DNA of 63,700 bases, filler included, from 6 parts of 6 records of this genome joined end to end with filler, not necessarily neighbours in it; one strand, 5' to 3'; counted from the whole stretch's first letter, positions 44,855 through 54,253 are shown. Notes: generated by a model not told the origin, from the letters alone. Numbers and translations are program-made.

Positions 44855-45721
44855 TTAAAAATATACTTTAACATGGTTTATTACAATTGTGAAAAAAGGC
44901 TTCAAGAACTCATATTTAGTATCAAGTAAAGCAATTATACCAAGCAAACTAAGTAAGTGGGCCAACATCCCATCTTTTACAGACACAAGCGTATCTTCAA
45001 AAAAACTGGGTTTTGAGTAGTGCTCTTCGACATGATTTTTTGTTTCAGCATACAATGCTTCATCAAAATTTTTGACAACAAGATTGATTTCGTTGCTGAA
45101 ATCTTTTAATTGTGTTACATTTAACTGTTTTTTAGTAGCAAATATATTTGTATCTAATTCTTTTAAAAAGTCACAAACCAAAAAGAGATTGAAATTGTCT
45201 TTCTGTATCAATTTCAATGTGAAATCGGAGAATAAATCTACATTTTTGTTTGTTTGTTTTCGTTCTTCGTCTATTGAGATACAAGCTGAATCGACCTTTT
45301 TAACGTGTCTTTTGAGATGGAGCATTAATGACAGATATGTTCTTTGAAAATTTCTTAATGCATTTTTTTTGTGATATTGATTAGTAGATAAATGATAGCT
45401 TAGGATGTTTGAAATCGTTAATTTGTAAGTAATATAAAATGAAATGTCCTTTAGAATGGGATAAGCTACTACAAATACTAAGAACAGTAACAAAATCGTG
45501 CTGGTGGCATAACTAAAGTTTATAATTGATACCTTAAAGTCAGATGCAAAAATCACATATAATGTGACTACAGATAATGAAAAACGCGAAATGTGCTTAT
45601 CTATGATTAAAAAATAATACCAAGCATGGTGATTTTTAAGAATCGATGAGAAATATTTGTAATAGTAATTATAAAAATGATTCCTATAAGGAGATTTTTT
45701 ATCCCTCATCAAATCCACCAC
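44855..45721 (-). CDS. Hypothetical membrane-anchored protein (possibly extends to ATG 45826 across an in-frame TGA)
   Basis: 288-aa AT-rich ORF with hydrophobic segments; 34 further in-frame codons lie upstream of TGA 45722-45724. Confidence 0.6.
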   Translation of the reverse strand: MVDLMRDKKSPYRNHFYNYYYKYFSSILKNHHAWYYFLIIDKHISRFSLSVVTLYVIFASDFKVSIINFSYATSTILLLFLVFVVAYPILKDISFYITYKLTISNILSYHLSTNQYHKKNALRNFQRTYLSLMLHLKRHVKKVDSACISIDEERKQTNKNVDLFSDFTLKLIQKDNFNLFLVCDFLKELDTNIFATKKQLNVTQLKDFSNEINLVVKNFDEALYAETKNHVEEHYSKPSFFEDTLVSVKDGMLAHLLSLLGIIALLDTKYEFLKPFFTIVINHVKVYF

Positions 45722-46068
45722 TCACAGAAGTCCAGTCTCTACTAATGCCTCGTAAATTTTGATTAAAATATAAATTAACAGCGCAATTTTTAAAACATCG
45801 GTCAAGTTGTTGTAGAGGGAAAGCATATGAAGCACATTATTTTTTATTCTTAATTAAGGTAACTTGATATATAAAGTCATCAGAATTTCCACTGCACAGT
45901 GTCAGAGATTCAGACAAAAAAAATCCACATAATAACATCTTTATACTGTGCAAGACTATCAAATATTTAACTCATATCTAGAGGGGTTTAACTTCGTAAA
46001 CTGATATGTATATACATACGCATAGCGAACCGGACAAATCCCACACTATAGATCAGGTGGAATGACAC

Positions 46069-46974
46069 ATGTCTAAATTTTATGTTGATTTTTTACAAGA
46101 CTATCCCCTATACAGAAAACACGAAGTTGAAGATTCAAACATTTTTGACGAATTTAAAAATACTGCAATTTATGTGTATTGCAAAGAATGTGGATCTGAA
46201 CAGTCTTTTGTTCATTATGACACATTACATGGAGCAAAAGTTCGCGATTTTCTTAGCTCCCCAGCACCTCCTATAACAGGTGGCAAAGCAATGATAGCTA
46301 TGCCAAACCCAGTATCGTTCAAATCAAAGTTGAAAAATGTGGATGAGTTTGTCATACATCTGGATTTTATATGCAAAGGTTGTGGTAAATCCCATAGATA
46401 TTTTTCGATTAAAATTATAGATGATTTTTCTTTAATTAAAATAGGTCAATATCCTCCTTATGATATCTCAGTACCATCAAACATTTCGAAAGCATTGGAT
46501 GAGAAAAATACCGAGTTATTCAAAAAGGGGATAATTTGCGAATCACAAGGATATGGCATTGCAGCATATGCTTACTATCGTCGTATTGTAGAATTGATTA
46601 TAGATGATTTGCTCAATGATATTTCAGAACTAATCGAAAACAGCGATAACAAACAAAAGTACGAAGAAACACTGGAAAAAACAAAAAGAACGACGGTCAC
46701 CCAAGAGAAAATTGAACTTGTAAAAGATTTACTTCCATCGAGTTTAAGACCGGGTGGATTAAATCCTTTGGGTATTTTGCATAGCACTTTGAGCGAAGGT
46801 TTGCACTCATTATCAGACGAGACATGTATCGATGTTGCAGAGGAAATCAAAACTTCTTTGGTGTACCTAGTCAGCGAAGTGCTTAGACACCAACAAGAAT
46901 CAAAGATATTTTCGGCAAGTATGGGTAAGATACTGGATAAGAAGTCCAAAAGAAAAAAAGAAGGTGACCAATGA
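46069..46974 (+). CDS. Zn-ribbon protein with helical C-terminal domain (DUF4145/HEPN-like, tentative)
   Basis: CKEC...CKGC pair, KIGQYPP, AYYRRIVE and LSEGLH; AGGTGG RBS. Confidence 0.7.
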   Translation: MSKFYVDFLQDYPLYRKHEVEDSNIFDEFKNTAIYVYCKECGSEQSFVHYDTLHGAKVRDFLSSPAPPITGGKAMIAMPNPVSFKSKLKNVDEFVIHLDFICKGCGKSHRYFSIKIIDDFSLIKIGQYPPYDISVPSNISKALDEKNTELFKKGIICESQGYGIAAYAYYRRIVELIIDDLLNDISELIENSDNKQKYEETLEKTKRTTVTQEKIELVKDLLPSSLRPGGLNPLGILHSTLSEGLHSLSDETCIDVAEEIKTSLVYLVSEVLRHQQESKIFSASMGKILDKKSKRKKEGDQ

Positions 46975-47339
46975 AAGAATCAGCAATTCTCAAGCTATCA
47001 GAAGCTCAAATTGAAAAAATAGAGCGGGTTAATGAATCAATTGAGCGTAAGGAAAATGCAATTGCTAGAAAAGAATCGCAGATGAAACTTCGGATTCTTT
47101 TTGAACGTGCTGCTCATGAGACGTTGCCATTCATTGTTTATGTCATCTACATGGGATGTATGGGGCTGTTTGTTTTATTCAAAGTACTTGATTATGAAGG
47201 AGAAAAACTATACATAGCATCGTTTTTACTGTTTGCTATAATGATAATCCCATTGTTTGTGCTGCCCATACACGCTTGGCAAGGATTGAAAAACTGGTTT
47301 AAAAGTAAAATAGGAAAACAATCCGAGGAAGTTAAATGA
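46971..47339 (+). CDS. Hypothetical protein, coiled-coil plus 2 TM
   Basis: ATGA overlap with the upstream gene; charged helical N-terminus, then two hydrophobic helices. Confidence 0.6.
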   Translation: MKESAILKLSEAQIEKIERVNESIERKENAIARKESQMKLRILFERAAHETLPFIVYVIYMGCMGLFVLFKVLDYEGEKLYIASFLLFAIMIIPLFVLPIHAWQGLKNWFKSKIGKQSEEVK

Positions 47340-47809
47340 TTCCTGATGATGTAGTGGGATCACCTGTTAACCTACTTGCAACAGTGTGTGCTATCTCATT
47401 ATTGATGCTTTATTACACCACACTGTCGGTTTATCAAGTGTTTACGTGGGCAATATTAACATTTCCTATGATGCTTCTCTGGAATGACAAAGATAAGGCG
47501 GTAATGTGTTCCGTTTTGTTATTTGTGGCTGAAATATGCCCCAAAACTAATCTTTTTACTATAACTCTCAACATTCAAATAAAAAGCTCACCGCCCGCGG
47601 ATAAGTGGTGCAGCTGGTTGGTATGCAAAAAGGGTGGTTTTTTGAATACTTGTGGGTTGTAGCTGCACCATTTAGACACAAAAACTAGTATCATATAAAA
47701 TTTTTTGATTTTGTTCTGTTTCAACTTTCCTTTTAATACCCTTTTGTTAAACTTAATAGGATGAAGTTAAATCGATAAATTGATAATTTTGCAATGTATT
47801 GTTGAATAC

Positions 47810-48490
47810 ATGAGTGAAATTGAGGAAACTTCAAAAGCTATTGCGGAAACTGCAAAATTTGGAACAAAGGCTCTTGATACTGGTGACAAGTTAGGCGGCT
47901 TTCTATCAAAAGTATTGGGATACCCTACTGAAGAAGCAATTGGAATAGTTGGAGACGCGTTGAAGTATAAGCGTTGGCAACGCCAAGTCAGAATGATTGA
48001 TAAGGTTAATGATGATCTTGAAAAGAGAGGGGTTGAAAGTGTTAGACCAATTCCTCCAAAACTTGCAATTCCCATGATTGAAAATGCAAGTTTGGAAGAA
48101 GATGATGACTTGCAAGATATTTGGTGCAGACTTATTGCGAATAGTTTAGACCCGAGCTTTCGTTTAGATATCAGGTATGCATACATTGAAGTCATTAAAA
48201 GCCTCTCATCCCTTGATGCGAGGATTTTAAGTATGCTCTACAAGAACTCTCAACAACCGTTTTTAAGATCGAAACATCTTTTTACTGATGAGATATTCAA
48301 GAGAGTTTTACGATTAAAGTATACAGGAATGGATTATGATATTTCTTTACTAAATTTACAAAGATTGATGTGCATAGAACATGTACTTGTTAAAAGGGCA
48401 TACGCCGATGCAACACAAGAAATCAGAGACCATCGTCAATATTCACTTACTATCTTCGGCATGTTTTTCGTTAAAACTTGTATGGAATAG
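47810..48490 (+). CDS. Abi-alpha (DUF4393)-like protein
   Basis: RPIPPKLAIPMIENASLEEDDDLQDIWCRLIAN, YIEVIKSLSSLDARIL, SLLNLQRL and LTIFGMFFVKTC match the pattern of this family. Confidence 0.7.
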   Translation: MSEIEETSKAIAETAKFGTKALDTGDKLGGFLSKVLGYPTEEAIGIVGDALKYKRWQRQVRMIDKVNDDLEKRGVESVRPIPPKLAIPMIENASLEEDDDLQDIWCRLIANSLDPSFRLDIRYAYIEVIKSLSSLDARILSMLYKNSQQPFLRSKHLFTDEIFKRVLRLKYTGMDYDISLLNLQRLMCIEHVLVKRAYADATQEIRDHRQYSLTIFGMFFVKTCME

Positions 48491-48554
48491 AATGTGTCCA
48501 ATACAAGCACGTTTTTTAACACAATCTTTTTATATTTTTAACATACATTCTCGA

Positions 48555-48581
48555 TTATCTAATGATATTTGCATTAGATAA
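48555..48581. promoter_or_regulatory. Perfect 10-bp inverted repeat (operator-like)
   Basis: TTATCTAATG-N7-CATTAGATAA upstream of ORF 48639. Confidence 0.4.
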
Positions 48582-48638
48582 ACTCTGTATTTTTTGCCAT
48601 AAAACTTTTATACCGTTGCCATACACCCTAAATCGCTA

Positions 48639-48962
48639 ATGGTAATTATTTCAGGAACAGCATTTCCATTAGACGAACTCAATTCAAGTGGATGGTGTGT
48701 CCCATCATCAGAGGCAGACAATGCCATCTCTTCTCTCAAAAATGCTGTTATCCGAGTATGTCCCAGGTTTTCTCCCCACGGATGTGACCTTTCTGAAGAC
48801 CCAAAGGCCGAGATAGGCAGGGTACTTGATGCCTGGAAAAAAGGCAACGAGATCAAAGCCAAGGGCGATATCACTGATCAAGTAGCTTCTGCGAAGATCC
48901 AGGACAGAACATGGCCAAGGGCTTGGCAAGACCTGCAATATGGATTCCACTTGAAGATGTAA
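48639..48962 (+). pseudogene. Truncated prohead-protease-like viral gene
   Basis: ISGTAFPLDELN..GW, H...EIGRVLDAW and IKAKGDI resemble the N-terminal half of caudoviral prohead proteases. The ORF ends abruptly and no capsid gene follows. Confidence 0.5.
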
Positions 48963-49087
48963 AGGGGCTTAAGACACTGGTTGGTGAAGGTTTAAACCAG
49001 CAGCAGATAGCAGACTATTATACGGAAAGAGGTATTGAGGTAACGCGGTCTACGGTATCCCGTAAAATGAAAGAGTGGAATCTCTAA
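48911..49087 (+). CDS. Small HTH protein or HTH-domain remnant (not in the ORF track)
   Basis: 58 aa ...ARPAIWIP...GLNQQQIADYYTERGIEVTRSTVSRKMKE, an HTH pattern. Confidence 0.55.
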   Translation: MAKGLARPAIWIPLEDVKGLKTLVGEGLNQQQIADYYTERGIEVTRSTVSRKMKEWNL

Positions 49088-49199
49088 ATCTCGGGGATTA
49101 TGCAGCATAAATAGTCCGGATTGTTCTGGAGTAATTATGATGAGTCAACATCAAAGTTACTTTTAATAAAAAAATAGAAATTTAAAAGTTCCTTCGCTT

Positions 49200-50375
49200 T
49201 CACAATCCATCCACAAATGTCCCAATTCTCTCCAGGGCTTTTTCGATTTCCTCGAGGGATGTCGCATAGGAGCATCTCAAAAAGCCAGTACCTGCTTCAC
49301 CGAACACGTTGCCGGGGATCGTGACAACTCTTTGTTCGTTCATCAGGCGTTCTGCGAAGTCCTCGGAGCTTAGGCCTGTGCTCTCTACGGATGGGAAGGC
49401 GTAGAATGCGCCTTTTGGTTCGAAGCATTCAAGGCCGATCTTGTTCAGGCCGTTGACGATCAGGTGGCGGCGGCGGTCGTAGCTGCGGACCATGCGCTGC
49501 ATTTCGTGCTTGCCGTTTTTGAGGGCTTCGATGGCGCCTATCTGGGCTGTGATGGGGGCACAGAGCATAGAGTACTGGTGTATCAGCATCATGGCGCTGA
49601 TAATTTCAGGGGATGCCATTGCATAGGCCAGTCTGAAACCTGTCATTGCGTATGCTTTGGAAAAGCCGTTTAGCAGGATAGTCCTGTCCCGCATGCCTTC
49701 AAGGGCTGCAAAACATGCATGTCCACCGTTATAGGTCAGGCAGTCGTAGACCTCATCGGAAATAACCATGATATCATGTTCGCAGACCACATCTGCAATA
49801 GCCTCAAGCTCTTCCCTGTTCATAGTAGCCCCTGTGGGGTTGTTCGGGAAGTTGATCATGACTGCTTTTGTCTTTGGTGTGATCGCAGCTTCAAGTTCTT
49901 CAGCTGTCAGCTTGAAATTATTCTCAATTTTTGTTGAGATAATAACAGGAACTCCGCCTGCAAACATCACGGAAGGCACATATGCCACATATGATGGCTG
50001 CACGACAATAATCTCGTCACCTGGATTAGTGATAGCTCTTATAGCTACATCCAGTGCTTCACTGACTCCTGAAGTAACAAGGACCTCGGAATCGGGATTG
50101 TATTGCACACCGTACTTCATGGAGAAATGTCTGGCCAGCTCTTCCCTGAGCTCAATAAGGCCGTAATTAGATGTATATGAGGTTTCGCCACATTCCAGTG
50201 AATGAATGCACGCTTCCCTGATGTGCCAGGGAGTAACATAATCCGGCTCACCTACACCAAGGGAGATAACATCCTCCAGACCTGATGCAAGATCAAAATA
50301 GCGGCGTATGCCCGACGGGGGAACCCTGTCCATTACATCCGCTACGAATTTTGAAGGCATGCATGCTTTTCTCAT
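49200..50375 (-). CDS. Class I/II PLP-dependent aminotransferase
   Basis: LGVGEPD, NNPTG, ISDEVY and GFSKAYAMTGFRL motifs. Confidence 0.93.
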   Translation of the reverse strand: MRKACMPSKFVADVMDRVPPSGIRRYFDLASGLEDVISLGVGEPDYVTPWHIREACIHSLECGETSYTSNYGLIELREELARHFSMKYGVQYNPDSEVLVTSGVSEALDVAIRAITNPGDEIIVVQPSYVAYVPSVMFAGGVPVIISTKIENNFKLTAEELEAAITPKTKAVMINFPNNPTGATMNREELEAIADVVCEHDIMVISDEVYDCLTYNGGHACFAALEGMRDRTILLNGFSKAYAMTGFRLAYAMASPEIISAMMLIHQYSMLCAPITAQIGAIEALKNGKHEMQRMVRSYDRRRHLIVNGLNKIGLECFEPKGAFYAFPSVESTGLSSEDFAERLMNEQRVVTIPGNVFGEAGTGFLRCSYATSLEEIEKALERIGTFVDGL

Positions 50376-50401
50376 ATATTATACATCCTGTAATGTGACT
50401 C

Positions 50402-50716
50402 TTACGGAGTCACCGGTAAACGTGTAACATGGTCCTGCTCGTGGAGGATAACGCCATCCTCTTTGTAGGTCTTCAGGACAAAATGTGTTGAAGTGTGTTG
50501 TACCTGTTCAAGGGTGGATATCTTCTCAGCAACAAAAAAGGCAACTTCCTTCATTGTCTTGCCGGAAACAGTAAGTGAAAGGTCGTATTGTCCGGACAGG
50601 AGTCTGACAGAACGTACTTCCGGGAATTTGTACAGGCGCTCAACAAGGGGCTGGTATCCAATTGTTCTTTCAAGGCTTACCTTAAGCTCAATAATTGCAT
50701 AGACGTTTTCATCACC
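50402..50716 (-). CDS. Lrp/AsnC-family regulator, C-terminal part (5'-truncated)
   Basis: Manual translation ...LYKFPEVRSVRLLSGQYDL...TSTHFVLKTYKEDG...; the common Lrp plus aminotransferase pairing. Confidence 0.85.
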   Translation of the reverse strand, partial: GDENVYAIIELKVSLERTIGYQPLVERLYKFPEVRSVRLLSGQYDLSLTVSGKTMKEVAFFVAEKISTLEQVQHTSTHFVLKTYKEDGVILHEQDHVTRLPVTP

Positions 50717-50816
50717 NNNNNNNNNNNNNNNNNNNNNNNNNNNNNNNNNNNNNNNNNNNNTTAATTAATTAANNNNNNNNNNNNNNNNNNNNNNNNNNNN
50801 NNNNNNNNNNNNNNNN
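50717..50816. other. Artificial contig spacer
   Basis: N run containing TTAATTAATTAA. Confidence 0.98.
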
Positions 50817-51437
50817 AACTGTTTTATGAGAAGTATGAATGGGAAACGTCCTATTATAGATACAGATGCTAGTGTTGCGATTGCTGCATATATTACTTGG
50901 CTTTCTGAGGGGATCCCTATGAAGATGAACCATAAAGGTCCTTGGAGTGAGCATAATACAAAACTCTATCCAAAAAATGTAAAAAAATTCAACGCGATCC
51001 AAAAAAAAGCAACTCATGCAAACTATGTAAATGGTGAAAAGATCTATGCATCAAAATGTGCCTCATGTCATGGAGCAAATGGTGAAGGTATCACTGGAGC
51101 ATTTCCACCACTTTGGGGTAAAAATAATAAAGGTGAATGGCTTGCTTACAATACTGGAGCGGGTATGAGTAAAATCGATAAAGCTGCTGCTTGGGTTCAA
51201 TCAAATATGCCATTACATCAAGGTGGAACAATGAGCGATCAAGAAACTGCAGATGTAGTACTTTATATGAATGCTCAAGAGAGAGCTGATTTTGATCTTC
51301 AAAAAATGTTATTACCAGAAGATAAAATGGGATACTATAACTCAAAAGTTTTAGAAGAGAAACATACAGTTAGAAGTAACTTTAAAGCATTGGGACTTAA
51401 TATCGATGAAATTCGTGGAGACACAAAAATCAAATAA
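50817..51437 (+). CDS. tsdA: Thiosulfate dehydrogenase / tetrathionate reductase cytochrome c (5'-truncated)
   Basis: NCFMRSMNG, heme motif CASCH, PPLWG, NTGAGM and NMP. Confidence 0.8.
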   Translation, partial: NCFMRSMNGKRPIIDTDASVAIAAYITWLSEGIPMKMNHKGPWSEHNTKLYPKNVKKFNAIQKKATHANYVNGEKIYASKCASCHGANGEGITGAFPPLWGKNNKGEWLAYNTGAGMSKIDKAAAWVQSNMPLHQGGTMSDQETADVVLYMNAQERADFDLQKMLLPEDKMGYYNSKVLEEKHTVRSNFKALGLNIDEIRGDTKIK

Positions 51438-51441
51438 TGAA

Positions 51442-51469
51442 ATAAAACAAGGATTAATCCTTGTTTTAT
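51442..51469. terminator. Hairpin after tsdA
   Basis: ATAAAACAAGGAT-TA-ATCCTTGTTTTAT. Confidence 0.6.
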
Positions 51470-51492
51470 AGATTTTTTTGCTAAAATTTTTT

Positions 51493-52431
51493 ATGTTAAA
51501 AACTTATAAAAGCATTATTTTACTCTTTATCATAGTAATTCTAACTTTACTCTTTTTTTTAAAAAAATATAATGATATCCTTGCTCAAGATCAAATTGAT
51601 ATTTTAGTTTCTAAAAATGTCGAAATCATAACTAATGAGATATCTAATCAAAAAAAACATGCCTTATCACTTGCTATTTTATTATCACAAAATCAAGATA
51701 TAATCACTTTACTTCAAAACAATCAAAGAAAAAAACTAAAAAAAGAACTCAATACCATCTTACAAACTATCTCAAGCTATACAGATATTAAAAATATCCA
51801 GATACAAGTCCATACAAAAGGATTAAAAGTCTTTGTTAGAAACTGGGAAGACAAAGATACAGGACTTGAACTAAGCTCTTTTAGAAAAGGATTAGTAAAA
51901 GTGGTACAAACCAAACAACCCTACGTATCTAATGAACTTGGAAAACGTCTTAATATAAAAGCGATTGCTCCAATCTTTGATCAAAATAAAAACTACATAG
52001 GATCAATTGAAGTGATCACAGATTATAAAGAGCTAAAAAAACGTTTAGGGCTTATCGATATACAGATCTTTCCTATCCTTGATGGGAAGTTTTTAGATAT
52101 TGCAAAATATCACCAAAACAATAAAAAACTTCATCAATTTGTTGTCATAGAAAAAAAGTATGATCAAAAGCTTTATGACCTTTTATACAACAATCCAAAG
52201 CTCCTCTCAACAAAAGAGTTTTATCATCAAGTGGATAATACTATTATAACCCTTATACCTATTGGGGAATTTAATGGGACAAATGCAGGATATATCATAG
52301 CAGTATTTCACAAGGACAATCAAAACTTTACATACCTACCCAAATATGAATATGTGGGAGAGATCAATACAAATATTGAGCAAAAAGAGTTTCCTCCAAA
52401 TATACAAAAAAGAGATATAATTATCAAATAA
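51493..52431 (+). CDS. Membrane-anchored Cache-like sensory-domain protein
   Basis: One N-terminal TM; IQVHT, FVRNW, LSSFR, IKAIAPI and YIGSIEV, typical of Campylobacterota Cache domains. Confidence 0.7.
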   Translation: MLKTYKSIILLFIIVILTLLFFLKKYNDILAQDQIDILVSKNVEIITNEISNQKKHALSLAILLSQNQDIITLLQNNQRKKLKKELNTILQTISSYTDIKNIQIQVHTKGLKVFVRNWEDKDTGLELSSFRKGLVKVVQTKQPYVSNELGKRLNIKAIAPIFDQNKNYIGSIEVITDYKELKKRLGLIDIQIFPILDGKFLDIAKYHQNNKKLHQFVVIEKKYDQKLYDLLYNNPKLLSTKEFYHQVDNTIITLIPIGEFNGTNAGYIIAVFHKDNQNFTYLPKYEYVGEINTNIEQKEFPPNIQKRDIIIK

Positions 52432-52443
52432 GAAGATGTCCAG

Positions 52444-53103
52444 ATGAAAATTTTACTTTTAGAAGATGATTACCTTTACAAAATATCAGTCAAAGAATTT
52501 TTAGAAGAGATCGATTTTAGTGTTGATGACTTTGAAAATGGTGATGATGCTTTAGATGCAGTATTTGAGAATAGCTATGATCTTCTTCTTTTAGATATCA
52601 GAGTTCCAGGGATGGATGGGTTTGAACTTGTTAAAACTCTTCGAGAAAACTCTATACGAACCCCTGTCATTATTCTTACATCTTTAACTGATATTGATGA
52701 TCTTAGCCGAGGGTATGAGCTTGGATGTAATGATTACTTGCGAAAACCCTTTGATCTGATTGAACTGAAATATAGAATAGAACAAATTGTTAAAAGTCAA
52801 TGTTTTAAAAGTACTGAAAACATGATAGAGCTTTATAATAAATACTCTTTTGATATTAAAGAAAATATTTTGTATCAAGAGGATCAAATTATTGATCTCA
52901 CACAAAAAGAAAAAGAGGTGGTCTCACTTCTTATTCAAAATAGAGGTATTTATATTCCCATCGAAACTTTACATGAAGTAATTTGGGAAAATAGAGAAAT
53001 ACAATATGCTGATATACGTATGTGTATTAAACGTATAAGAACTAAAACAGATAAAGAGTTTATAAAAAACAAACGTTTTGTAGGGTATAAAATTGATAAA
53101 TAA
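52444..53103 (+). CDS. OmpR-family response regulator
   Basis: LLLEDD, LLDIRVP and DYLRKPF motifs plus wHTH. Confidence 0.92.
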   Translation: MKILLLEDDYLYKISVKEFLEEIDFSVDDFENGDDALDAVFENSYDLLLLDIRVPGMDGFELVKTLRENSIRTPVIILTSLTDIDDLSRGYELGCNDYLRKPFDLIELKYRIEQIVKSQCFKSTENMIELYNKYSFDIKENILYQEDQIIDLTQKEKEVVSLLIQNRGIYIPIETLHEVIWENREIQYADIRMCIKRIRTKTDKEFIKNKRFVGYKIDK

Positions 53104-54253
53104 AAGTAGTGATATAAAATATATTATCCTCCAAGGATTTCTTACTCTTTGTATCGCTTTTATTCCTATATATTTTTATATTGATGCTACTATAGAAAAT
53201 CAAATAATAAAAGATAAGATGAAGCTAAAAAACTATACAGCTTCAATCTTAACAAAAATGGAAGCTGTAAAATATGAAAGTAGCGATATTTTTTATTATC
53301 CAAGGTCTAATATCTTTCGCTCCGCTTTATATGATGAAAATGATAAAACAATCTTCTCACTTTTAAAAAAAGACATCCCTTTAGGATTTACTTCAGAATA
53401 CTATCAAGATAATACAGACATATGTTATAAACAATATCTTCAAAAAAACATCTTTGATGCAAAATATATCATCGCGTGTAAACCTATCAATAACTCCCAA
53501 ATGATCTTTAATGTCCTTATTTTACTTTTAACGATCACTTGTTTGATGTTCTTATCCTCTTTTATTACTATCAAACAAAGTATAGAACCTTATAAAAAAC
53601 TAAATCACTATCTAGATAACTTTTTAAAAGATGCGATGCATGAGCTTAAAACTCCTATTGGCGTTGCAAGGGTCAATATTGATATGCTTCAAATGAAGCT
53701 ACAAAACAATAAACATCTTATTCGGATAAAATCAGCGCTAAAAAACATGACTGTAGTATATGAAGATCTTGAATATTATATGCAAAGACACAGTGTAAAA
53801 AATGATAAAAAACGAATCAACTTTTCAGAGTTTTTACAAAAAAGAGTTGAATTTTTTAGTGACCTTGCCATAGCTAAGAATATAGAGTTTTCAATCAATA
53901 TTGAAGATAATATTTTTATAGAGTTTAATGATATTGCACTCTATCGTATCATCGATAATAACCTTTCAAATGCCATAAAATATTCAAAAGATCAATCTTT
54001 GATACAAATTAGTTTAGAAAAACACCATAATTGTATTACTCTTATTTTTGAAGATAATGGTATAGGGATCAAAGATATCTCAAAAATATTTGATAGATAT
54101 TATCGTGGAGATAAGATCAGCGGCGGCTTTGGAATAGGACTAAGTATTGTAAAAAGAATTTGTGATACAAATAATATCATTATCGAAGTGGATTCAAAAG
54201 TAGGAGTGGGAACAAAGTTTCTTTATCAGTTTGAAACTGAAGCTAAAACCTAA
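53093..54253 (+). CDS. Sensor histidine kinase
   Basis: HELKTP, NNLSNAIKY, DNGIG and GFGIGL motifs. Confidence 0.92.
   Translation: MINKSSDIKYIILQGFLTLCIAFIPIYFYIDATIENQIIKDKMKLKNYTASILTKMEAVKYESSDIFYYPRSNIFRSALYDENDKTIFSLLKKDIPLGFTSEYYQDNTDICYKQYLQKNIFDAKYIIACKPINNSQMIFNVLILLLTITCLMFLSSFITIKQSIEPYKKLNHYLDNFLKDAMHELKTPIGVARVNIDMLQMKLQNNKHLIRIKSALKNMTVVYEDLEYYMQRHSVKNDKKRINFSEFLQKRVEFFSDLAIAKNIEFSINIEDNIFIEFNDIALYRIIDNNLSNAIKYSKDQSLIQISLEKHHNCITLIFEDNGIGIKDISKIFDRYYRGDKISGGFGIGLSIVKRICDTNNIIIEVDSKVGVGTKFLYQFETEAKT

Noticed and set aside
47336-47662. 108-aa ORF after the 2-TM gene
   Set aside because: It has an ATGA overlap and a hydrophobic N-terminus, but no recognisable motif and it runs into the hairpin. 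It may be a remnant; too weak to call.
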